From Antedon mediterranea (Eukaryota; Animalia; Echinodermata), in assembly GCF_964355755.1 (NCBI RefSeq), contig NC_092675.1:20618912-20682911 (forward strand): a DNA stretch of 64,000 nucleotides, read 5' to 3'. Made by a program: the position numbers and the translations under genes. Under the pieces are notes generated by a model. That model was not told where the DNA came from and searched no databases. It saw only the letters and a program-made list of their open reading frames with translations. Positions 15,001-27,100 of this stretch are shown piece by piece; the first letter of the stretch is position 1, and each line of letters starts with the position of its first letter.

Positions 15001-17596
15001 GTAAACTCGACTATAATTTATAGATCCCAGCTGCTGGACCTAAAAAACGTCAAGGAAAAGAGAGTCTTAAGAGAGTCTTTTACCGCTGTGAAGTCACATT
15101 GTCTCTAGAGGAATTTCAGTTGCATGCCTACAGGTTGAGGTCACACACACACACACACCCACACACAGCACATTAAAGTTCAAAATTGACCATTTTTAAA
15201 TGGGCATGTGATTCATAATTAAAGAACTATCTTTGATTTGTATGTATTTTTAAAAAATAATTAGTCATAAATATATCTGAAGAAAGAACAATGATTAATT
15301 TTAAAATGTCGAGCAGCGTTTTTTGTAAGAAATATTTCTTGTTTAGGTTTTAACAGTTGCACTTTTTAATTCTCATTATGCATCTGTTTCATACAGTATT
15401 TGGATAAATATGATATTTTTGTCACTGTCAGCCTCTCATGAATCTGCATCTGAAATATCTAGCAGTCTCACTGATGTCCAGTGATGTGGTACTACTACGC
15501 ATGCCTGAATGAAGTTAATAGCACACTGCCTTTGGGAATCTCCTTAGTTGTCTAGAGGTACTAATGGTGATGTTGGCCTTGCAAGCCTTTCCCAGTTGGG
15601 GTATAGTAGTAGATATACCACCAACAGGCATCAAAGTTTGGATCTGAGAGTTCATCTTCTTTGAAAGTGGGATCCGCCATCAGATCAGATGGGCTCCATC
15701 TGATATACAATATGATATACATCTTATTATTACACAATAACTATGTTGATCCGTCTGAGACACAAGTAGGTAAAAGTTGGAAACATTGTTATTTTTGTTT
15801 TCTTTTTTGATTTATGGCCAATAGAAACATGAAGTAGCCAACTGGCCTGGCCGTTGATATGTTTTGTGGTTCACTTTTTGTTGGAAATAAATTCCCAAAG
15901 CCACTGTTAATTTCACCAGATGTTTTCTTGTTTTATTATAACCCTCTTTCTTGACTTTTATGCTGTCAACTCGAAGACATTATGAGATTTTTATAATTTA
16001 TCATCAGTCTAGTACAACAACACTGTCAATTATTTTTGTTTTTAAGTAGGGAAATTCACTGATGTGATTATAATTGTTTTTTATCATGTTTTGAAATAAC
16101 AATCATGAGACTGTTTTGTATGAATATTATAAATAATAATTTTCTTTTAATGACATAGTAAATGGTTTTTTATTCAATATATTTAATCTTGGAGTGGTCA
16201 TTATTTTTCAATACAGTTTGTATCTGTAGTCTAAATTTGCATAGGATTTTGTCATTGGACATAATGGATGGTTTTAGAAGAATTGAATGTGATGCATGCT
16301 GGAAAGTGCTTTTTAGCAAATTGAGTCTATAATCCTTTGTTAAATTGTGATTAATTGTGACAAAATATAAAGATCCTTAACGTTGAGTCGAGTGGCACTA
16401 TAACCTATAGCCACAAAATCATCAAGATAAGAACTTAAAAAGTGGCAAATCTATAATTTGAAAATGGGACGAGAGACAAGGCGTAAAATTATTGAAATGA
16501 ATTGCTGAACTTAATCTGATGTCCTATATTTTGCTGGACCCACAAAGCCGACGCTAGATTTCCACAAATGTTGAGTCGGCTGGGTCGGGCAACAACAATT
16601 TGAAAGCAATATTAGATGATAAGCCCTGATTTAGTTGCTCTTATCCCTCAAGGAGACAATGTCATTCGCTTCACTGACAAATGTCACATCAAAATGTTTG
16701 CTCATCAACGTTCCTCTAATGTTTATGTAATATCATCCACTGTGTATGCATTATTTTGCACTGTGTGGTCCTAATTTTTCATCTGCGTCCCATTTAGACA
16801 TGTAATTGCATCATTTTTTCATCAAACCTGTCAACACTGCTCATTCGATGCTACTCTAGGTTGAACCTGCATCCATATCTGCAGTTTGAATGCAAGATTC
16901 CAGGTGGCACTTGAGAGAAAATATTTTCAACAAAGTAATAATGGTTTGAATGAACATAAACAAAGCAATTTATTGAGAGAACCTGCAACACATAATGAAT
17001 GTTACTAGGAGATAATTTTGTGTTGACGTTCAAAAAATCGATTTTCATTTTTAAATGTCTAACCGTACAAAGCAGATGAAATGCTCTGATAATTTTCTGT
17101 TTATATTTACTGTCAGTTAAATGGGGCATTTATTTATTAACAATTATGGTTGATACATTTGGAATTGTTATGAGCTTTTGTTAAAATGTTGTTTTTCACC
17201 TTTGTCACAGAATAATGAACTGTAAACGAAGAAATAGTTTGGCTGTTTTTTTGTTTTCATTTAGGTTTTTGCTTATGTTATTGAGATCCAGCCATTGATA
17301 TCCACCTCATCATTGTCATTTTTTCAGTAATTCTCCTTTGGATTTATGTATATATATAAATAATTCCAATATCCAATATTTTAAGAATCATTTAATTTTG
17401 TCTCCAATTATTGATATGTATTTGGAGGAAAGTTCTTATGTAGAAACTTTCTTGCCTATATTTACATATAAACCAGGTGAAAATGTGTCTTGTACACATG
17501 TGAATTCAGGTGTATAGCGCGTCATACAGGTGGGAAAGAGGAAAGGGATGTCATTTGGTTATGTCCTTCCTAAATGTTTACAAAACACATGTGACA

Positions 17597-17860
17597 AGTG
17601 AGTGAGTGAGTAGCTGAATGGTTAAGACAGTGGAACCGTAATTATGTAACCATAACATCTTCAAAAGTTCAAGACTCACTCGCTCCATGGTTCTGGTGGT
17701 AGAACGAGTCTTCTCGGATAAGGACTATAAACCGTAGGTCCAGTGTACACATCTAGCTCATGTGCACTTTAAAGAACCTAGTACATCTTTCAAGACGAGT
17801 ACCCCAGTGTACTAGTGCACATTATAACTGGACACTCTGGGGTCATTTCAATTCAATTTA
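17597..17860 (+). mobile_element. tRNA-derived SINE (Deu/Nin-like core)
   Basis: Degenerate A-box TAGCTGAATGG and B-box-like GTTCAAGAC, then core TCTTCTCGGATAAGGACTATAAACCGTAGGTCC...GCACTTTAAAGAACC. Nearly identical to the inverted copy at 40380-40708. Confidence 0.7.
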
Positions 17861-18064
17861 AGTTTCTCCAGTGCATTCTACTTTAAAAAAAAACTCTTAT
17901 GCTATATTATATATGATGTATCTTATGAAAATAAAATTGAATTCAATGTGTGACTATACTTAAAATGAGGTACTGCACAGTATACTGTAGGATGATGATG
18001 ATGATGATGATAATCCAATCATTTGTAGAATATTAGCTCATTTCTGTTTTATTTTTATTTTCAG

Positions 18065-18122
18065 AGGTGTTAGTTGAAGGCCAAAATATGTCTGTACCAT
18101 CCACTGTGCAGTCAATTACAAG
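18065..18122 (+). CDS. ROR: ROR N-terminal linker exon ([18 protein letters not shown])
   Basis: Strong polypyrimidine tttcag acceptor and AG|gtgaga donor; phase 1->2, joining in frame to the Ig1 exon at 20401. Confidence 0.7.
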
Positions 18123-21100
18123 GTGAGAATCTTATTCAAACCTAAATCAAATCTTTATTAGAACTTTGATACTTAAAGTTTACGTAATTGTAGAGCTGTA
18201 TAATGGGCCTTTTGCTGGTGTGTCCCACTTTTACTTCATTTCAACATAAAAGCATACATTACAATAATACTAACAAAGTGTAATAAACTCATTAATTATT
18301 TACCATCTATAATTGTGTATACCTTTTTAGGCATATATATTTATATTACATAGCCTTGTAAAAACATGAACGTGATTGGTTGAAACTGCTTCACATGACT
18401 ACCGCTGCAAGGATCAGAATGATATTTTTTCGGGAAGGATATTTTGATCTTTAGAAAATATATTTTCCTCAATTGCGCTTTGGAAAATATATATTCCCTC
18501 GAGCAAAATGTCATTCCCTCGGGATGTCAAAGCAGGCATCTTTATAATATAACCCTTTTTATTTGTTTTTTTTTCATTATTTTTTTTCTTGTATCTATCA
18601 TACATTATATATCACATATTTTTACATTTTAATATCTGGTATTTGTCCAATAATAATAATATAAAATAATAATAATATAATATTATATAATATATATAAT
18701 TGTATTGATAATTTTAACGTCCCAGATTTCCATATATACCCTAAAGCACTTGTTTTCAATGTATTCTATTTTTAGTACACGGTAATCCACAACATTTATC
18801 ATTTACACTCCTTATTCGCCTTGCCTTCATTGTTTTCAGATTTTTTTTTTGTGAAATTACACAAATTAAGAGTATGAAAATAACAGCTTGATACAATGTT
18901 ACTTCAGTAGCAGTTATTGTGACAGCATATATGATGTATGCCAGTTGTTCATTCAAAGTTCTGTGAGCCATAACCACAGAATAAATGAAACTGTCTGTTG
19001 AAATCAATCAGTACACCAAATCATGCTTGTAAAGCCTTTTGGTTTGCATTGCTTAATGCCTTCCAAGCAGATGTCTGACGGAGTCACTTAGTTATACTCC
19101 AACCTATAGGTGAAATATTTAGCTAGCTTATAATTACAGAAATATATAATTATATGTACTTAAATGTTTAAGCTATAATGTGAGAGCAGTTATTATTTAA
19201 TGATTTTACCAGATTTTACCAAATGTCTACGCTATTATTGGTAGTTGTTGGAGCCCTTTAGACACTGATACTCCTGGGGAATAGGGACATGTTAAACTTG
19301 GCGCTGTGGACTTGGGTGATACACTTTTCAACTACATGCTTCTCCTCTAAGAGCCTGTTTCTATAGAGCAGAGAATACGGTTTTGAATACCGTTCTTTTC
19401 AAGAACCGTTTTTTCATGCCAGCAGAAATGGGTCCCCACAAAAAACCACAAAAAAGAACCGATCTTAAAAACGGTTTCAAAAACCCCAATTGATTGCTGT
19501 CTCGATCGCAAAGAACCGTTCTGAAACCGGTTTACACGGAGCAATTTTTAGCTGCAACACAATCACGGTCTCAATTTCACTTCAAAAACTGAACTCTGCA
19601 GTCTGCTGCACTGGGACGATTGCGGTCAACTTGCAGTCAAACCCGCGCGATAGGACCTACGGTAGGCCTAAGTCATTTTTATTTCTCTAGATAGTGAGTA
19701 TTTTATTTAACTAAAAAATGTTGACCGATGCCATTGAGGTTCGTAAAAAATATGTGAAGGGAAGAAGATGAGAGGACTTGTCAGGAGTCGGAAGAAAGAC
19801 TCACGTAGGCCTAGGCCTACATATTTTTATACTTTAACCAAGGACCACAATAACGTTTCAGGTAATAATTCCCCCTTCTATGATGAAATGGATGCTATTT
19901 CTTGGGGATAGCGCTATGCGAAAAAAAGTAAACATAACCTCGATCCAATCGCGCTTCCGCCTAACGAAGTGCATTGTGGTGTATATAATGACGTCATTCA
20001 TAACGAACGCACATGGACGGAACCGGTTTTATTGGACTAAAAATTGAGCTGCAACGCGATCTTTATTTATAAACAACAGCCGAAACCGGTTTCCAAAAAA
20101 CTGTTCTTTTTTTATTTTCAATAGAAACATGCCCTAAGAGTCATGTCATATCAGTACTCCTAATTCTACCCCTCTCTCATCTGTCCACAACAGTGGTTTT
20201 ATGAAACTGCAGAACCCCCTCTTGTGTCTAGGTTCTTAAAGTGCACATGAGCATTTTATGTACACTATTGTTCATAGTTTTATCTCCACCAGAACCATGA
20301 ATTGAGTAAGCCTTAAACCCTTACCATAAGGCTATGGATTACTTTTCCAGTCTCTTAACCACCCGGCAACTCACTCTATGTGAAATTTATTTTCTTTCAG
20401 CCTTAACAGTCCATCATCTCAGTATATTCGCATGGATCAACCATTGAACAATATCACAGCATTTATTGGTGGACGTGCTCAGTTTCACTGCAAAGCATCT
20501 GGAAACCCCCAGCCCGAATTTTCATGGAACAAGAACAACCAGTTGTTAATACAAAGCACTGGATCATTTGTTATTAAAGAGTATGATTGGGGATCACGAC
20601 TTACTTTAAAAAATATTGATATTATTGATGAAGGAACTATACAGTGCACAGCAAGAAATGATGCTGGAATTGAAAAATCAGTAGCACTTTTGTCAGTAGA
20701 TCCAAGTAAGTGTATTAAACCCATGCAATCTATCAACAGTATAATGAACTCCGGAGATCAAAGGGTTTATCTGTGGCTGGGACATGATCAGTTCCACCCC
20801 TTACAGGCACCGCCATTGAAATGAATTGAATTGATTCCCATATTGCAAGATACTGATATTTGACTCTTGTCAAAATATATGTAGTCCTAAATAGTCACAA
20901 CTTAGAACATGCTAAGTTATAGAGAAGTTTGGCAAATGGGGGTAGGGTGGAAAGAAAAATACAGTATACACATTTTGCATTTGTAATATTTAACAAATCT
21001 CTGAATATAAACTAAATAGTTATTTTGTAATGTTTTATTTTATATGTTACAATGTCGGAATGCTCTAACTCTTGTTTCCTTCATTTTTCATTTTAATATT

Positions 21101-24100
21101 ATGTATTTTACCTTCTTTATTTTAAAGATATTGTAACAGAAGAAGAAGTAGCAAGGTAAGATAAATCATAAACATAAAACAAAAACTAAATCTTTAAAAT
21201 TATTTGGCAAATGAATTACTATGTACAAAGACTAAATCTTTACATTTATTTGGCAAATGAATTACTACCGGTATGTACAAAAACTAAATCTTTACAATTA
21301 TTTGGCAAATAAATTACTGTGTACAAATGTTTTTGGTTATCATTTATTACCAAATATGGATGATGAATAAAGTGAATCTTAACTATTCATGTATGAGACC
21401 ACAAGCATGAGTTAATCTTTTCGTCAGACATGTACACAAACTTTACCCCAGGCCTACTTTGTTTGTACAGACAGACTGGTAGCATGTATACTGGATAACT
21501 TAGAAATGAAGAAATCCCCAAGGAAAAGAAATTACTGAATGCTATTGAGCCCCTTAAGCTTATTCACACAATATCACACAACCCTTGGGTCAAAGTGCCA
21601 GAGGATAGTTGTAAAGATTGGAATGGTTTTACAATATAAAGCAATTTATTATAGGGTTATGTTATAGAGGATAATCATATTTTTTAATTTGATTTCATCA
21701 TTATGGAAATTTGTTGGTTGTATTAAATAAAACAACTTGATTGCAACTTTATTTTCCAAGTTAATCATGTTATCAAAAAGGCCTGATGTGGTGTAATTTG
21801 CAAACAGTTACTCCACACACCAAAAGTGCACTCTAATAACTATATACAAGTCATTCTCTTCCAAAACCTCTAGAATTGATCCAACCCATGATTTCTTGCG
21901 CCTCTTCGGCCCAGTAGACAACTGGTCTATTACCAAAATATTTTGTAATCCTGTTTTACATTAAAGTAACAAACAATATTAACATTGAATCAAATCTCAT
22001 AGTGACTTGTACCCTTAAAACAAGACAAACCAGTTTTTAATACACCCTTGTCTTCTTCAGTTATTATTTAAATTGTACGTTTTTGCTCTGAGTCTTAACA
22101 GATTAACAAATTGATTGATAGCTTGGTGTATATAGATATTTAATTTTAATGTTAGCCTATTGTAACCATCACAGTTTTGTAAATTACAAACATGATGAAG
22201 TAACCCAGACTCTTCATGTACAGAATGAATGAATGATGTTTATATGGTATATAATACATTAGGGTTTTTATTTATTTTTTATATAACAGAACCTTGTTTT
22301 TCAGAAATCATGTAAATTAATGAAATTTTGCTACAGGTAGTAATTTAAGAACAGACAAATACACTCAACATTAAATAAAACTTGTAAATCTCTTTTGTAT
22401 TATTCAACATACAAATCAAACAGTTATTATAGCTGTTTTACGCATTATGTTTTGTTTTTTTCTTTACAGTACTGAAGCACGCTGTGAGTCATACCAAGGA
22501 GATGTATGTGTACTTCAATTTATACAAACAACCGTATTTATGAAAGCCAACACAATACAGCAGGAAATTGAGAGAAATCTTCAAGAAGCATTTGGCAAGA
22601 TCAATGACTTGTCCATGGTGTCTTCATCGTGCCGGCAGAAAATCATGCACGCAATGTGTCTTGATGCGTTCCCACTGTGTACTCAACAAGCCTCTAATAA
22701 ATACACAGTACATAAACTATGTTTCAATGACTGCATGCAACTGGAAAGGGACATCTGCTCCAATTTGTATGTTTATGCCGATGAACAACATGATGATATT
22801 CTGTCAGTAATGCTACCTGTATGCTCAGAGCTGCCATTTTCTGGATCAGTTCAGGGTAACCTATGTCAGCCTGTTCTAACAAGTAAGGATATGACATAGA
22901 TCATTTAATAATACGATAGAACCCCTCCTTTGGGACACTCTTATTAAAGGTACACTTTCCTATGATATGATCAAAGGCCAAAATATGTTTTAACACTATA
23001 GCCACCCCCAGGGGACACCAGCCTTTCAACTAACAATAGTTTAACTAACAATAGAACAGTAAAACTAATACCAAATGGGTAAATTTGAAAGAAATAGGTT
23101 TTTTAAAACTACCCGTATTAAAAAACCTGTAAATTAAATCAAATTATGTTTTAAAATTACAAATCACAAATTATAATTCTTGCCTCTTATGCAAAAATGA
23201 AGTTTTTCTCGAGAAAATGCAATTTCAGTTTACTTGTTATTTATTTATTACTTTAAGACTGCTCGCCGGCTTTTGAAAATTCTCTCCTATCTTTTAACAC
23301 TAGCAGGTCTGAAAATAATACTAAAAAGTGGTCCAGAGTTGGGACCGTGGTCCGGATTGCCTCCAAAATTTAATGGAGTGGTCCTTGACCTCAAATCTAT
23401 CTGTAATTTTTTGGTAAACATCTTGTAATAACTTTTTGAGTAATCCTGCTAACAAACACGCGATCGACTAATACATGGCGGAGTTAAAAAATGAGATTTT
23501 AAACCAGTTATTTGAAATTTGTCCGACTATCCTCCTGCCAAGAAATTGGGGTTCATTTATTCACACAGTTAATAATCAGTTATTTGCTGTTAGTAGAAAC
23601 AGGCTGATAGAATAGTGGCGTCTAATTTGGATCAGGAAATATCGTGTGCAATGACATTATGATCCACGTTCTAACATTTCAAATAACTGAAATTATAGCT
23701 GTATTCTTCCTGTCCAGACATATTGGTGTTTTCAAATTTATATCACGTTACAATTAATTCGGAACTTGCAAATACCACTAGTGGCATTCTCATCGTGTGA
23801 AAATATCACGCTGTCAATCAATGTTGTCTATATACACAGTGATCTATGACAGATCGTTATTATGTTTTGCGAGCGGAAGCCACTGTTAATTAAATATGCT
23901 ACTTTAAAAACTGAATTAAACTGTACCTGTGTATTTGAATAGGTAATTTAAAACTCTGTCTACACTATCAAACTTTATGTGACAAAAAATGTGATGTGCC
24001 CATATATGGACATGATGATGTCATATCACTACCATATTTGGGTATATCACTACCATATTTGGGCACATCACACTTTTTTAGTTTGATAGTGTACACAGAG

Positions 24101-27100
24101 CTTTACAAGCATTCTTCTTGCTACAGTGGAACCCCTATTAAGGGGACACCTTTGGGAGCCAATCAATTGTCCATTTAATAGGTATATCTATTAATTGGCG
24201 TTAAAACATAAAAATGAATAGTGTTGTCCCAAAGGAGTGTTTTGTATTTAAAAAATAATTTTATGACATCCATATATGGAACATTTAATACCTTTTTTTT
24301 ATTGAATGTTTATTTTCACAGATGTAACTAATGAGTGGAGACCACCAATAGATGAGTAAGTGATGTAATATATTAATTTTTTTTTTTAAGAGTTTTTTCT
24401 ACTCCCATTTTGGGCAAAATTTAAAGATGGATTTAAAATGAATTGTCTCACCTCACCATTTTCATAATAAATAATAATGACATAACTGTACCTTATACAA
24501 TTGAGAATACAGAGAATAGAAATTCTAAGTTGGGCTCAAACTCAAGACCTCCAAATCACTTGCCTGGCACTCGTACTTCTAGACCACCATGCTTGCCTAG
24601 ACTAGACTAGATTCGAGCTGTTGTTTTTAATTTATTTATTTCTTTTATTAAAATTTAAAATGTATTAATTCATGCATATTCATTGATTGTAATTGTAGTT
24701 TTTGCGTCAGGGAGTTGAGTAATTAGATGTTTTGCCCTACTAACTCTGACGTAATTTGTACTTTATACTAAGTACATTTGAGAATACTTGCGAAAAAATT
24801 AGTAGTAGTTCTCAAGGGGGACTCGAACCCACAACCTCCAGATCACTAGCCTGGCGTTCATACCTCTAGACCACCGAGCTTGCGCTGATGGCTAGTGGTT
24901 AGATTCGAGCCCAAGTAAGCAGCGGGTACTGCACCAACAAGATTGTAAATGTAGTTTTTGCGTCAGGGAGTAGGGCAAAACATCTAATTACTCAATCATC
25001 GTGGGTTCGAGTCCCACCCGAGAACTATTTGCGAATTTTTTCGCAAGTATTCTCAAATGTACTTAGTATAAAGTAAAAATTACGTCAGAGTTAGTTGGGC
25101 AAAACATCTAATTATTCATTGATTGTTATTTATTTGATTTTGATTAGGAAGTACATTCATACTGTACACAATATGGAAAATACCACATTGAACGCTAATG
25201 ATAAAGCCACTATGAAGTGTGCTATACAGGGTAATCCACAACCCTACTATCAGTGGTACAAAAATGATGCACCGATTGAACCACAGACTGGTAAACGCAT
25301 TAAGATACAGAAGTTTGAGTGGGGTTCAAGACTGACCATTAAAAACGTAGAAACAACTGACATTGGCTATTATCGCTGTGATGCTACAAATTCCGTTGGA
25401 AAACGATCAGTTACTGGGATACTCTATGTTAAAATTGGTAAGTTTTTTTTCTTCTGAAAAATGATGATATAGCCATGTAGTGTAGGCCATGGGAATTTTG
25501 AAATTTATCATAAATTTAAGACAACAATGACAGTTTCCATACGTAAGCAGATACAAGTGGGGCCTAGTCGCTCCTCCTAAATTATGGGAATTACAATGCA
25601 AAAGATAGGACATTAGGTTCAGAACTTAATTTTACAATTTTTAGGCCCCTGTCTCCCTATTTCAAAATCATGACAGACAATACCGCATTTAATAAATTTT
25701 ATGTAAATACTCTTTAACTCTTCTCTGCCTTTATTTTGTTTTGTTTACAGCTCCACACAGGCCAGAAGAAGGGTAAGTGTTTTCATATTTAATTACTATT
25801 GACTGTTTTATAACATACCTTTTTCACACCTTCATTTAGGGTGTCTAGAAAACTCAGATATATCTGAGATCTGAGTTTTCTAGACACCCCTTCATTTGTG
25901 TTTGAATGCATTTCAAATTTTTATTCAGTAAAGCTAATGTACACTTGCACAAAAATAATTGATATTCTTTTATATAATATGAAAATAAAATATTACAATA
26001 GGTATGTCCTGGGTTGACTTATACCCATGTTAAATTTTCTATGCCGCAACTATTTCTGCCTTTGTGCATAAACTGGATTACACAATTCTACATTTTGTAA
26101 ACAAGGGCGGATCCACACAATCCACAATTACAGGGCGGACGAGGGAGCGCTACATTTAATATTAACAGCAAAAATAGATATTATATAAAAATAGATATCA
26201 AAATAGCCCCAAGGGCTACTCCCAGGATCCACCCATGGTGAAATGGTGCATTGCTGACTCTTATGGCAGCCCCTGCATCTAGTATCTGCCTTTCCTCCGG
26301 TGAAGGTGGGCACTAGACGAGAGAAGTCCTTGATCAATGTTAGGACCAATCAAGGTGCTTTAAACAGTCCTGGCATTGTTTGTATCAAACCTGTTAGTGG
26401 TGGTAATTATCGCTGTTGCTTTCGATTGAATAAAATAAATAAATAAATTTTGCAAATGGCTGAATCCGATGATTTTAATTAATATTTCTATATTTTCATT
26501 TCTTTAGAAAACCAGATTATGGTATGTGCCAGGTGTACAATGGAGCAATGTGTTCTAAGATCCTGACTAATAGGACTGTGTTTATTGGTGGAGGGCATAC
26601 ATTGACAGACATAGACAGTAGCTTGACTGCTGCCTTTTCCTTTCTTTTCCGAAGTAAAGATCTAAGTCCGGATTGTTCCAACCATGTCATTCCATCTCTT
26701 TGTCATTACACATTCCCATATTGCGATGAGAACGGTCAACCACGAGAAATCTGTCGAGATGAATGTGAAATGCTCGAGAAAGTAACATGTCGGCAAGAAT
26801 ATGCTATTGCCCAATCGGAGTTGATACCACAATGTAAATTGTTACCAGTTGCCGGATCTAAAGAAAGTGCAAACTGCATACGTATTGGGATTCCTCATGT
26901 TAAAGTGATTCGAAGTAAGAAAACAGATTAGTAATTTACAATTACAGTGGAAATCCACCCTTGGCGCACACCTATTCAGGTGACACCACTTTTTAAGGGA
27001 CAAGAATACTCTCTTGTGAAACGAACTCTAGGGGACATTTTGTTGGTCTCAAGGTGTCCCTTAGTATACGTTCTACTGTATTCAATGTTTAATACCCATT

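Noticed and set aside
3856-17129. Short ORFs of 60-92 aa in the first 17 kb
   Set aside because: Low-complexity AT-driven composition, no recognisable domains and no supporting splice chain; probably intronic or upstream non-coding DNA of ROR.
24810-24885. tRNA gene on the minus strand
   Set aside because: A and B boxes are present, but I cannot build a convincing acceptor stem and it is embedded in a rearranged repeat with partial copies. Treated as a SINE-like relic; tRNAscan-SE would settle it.
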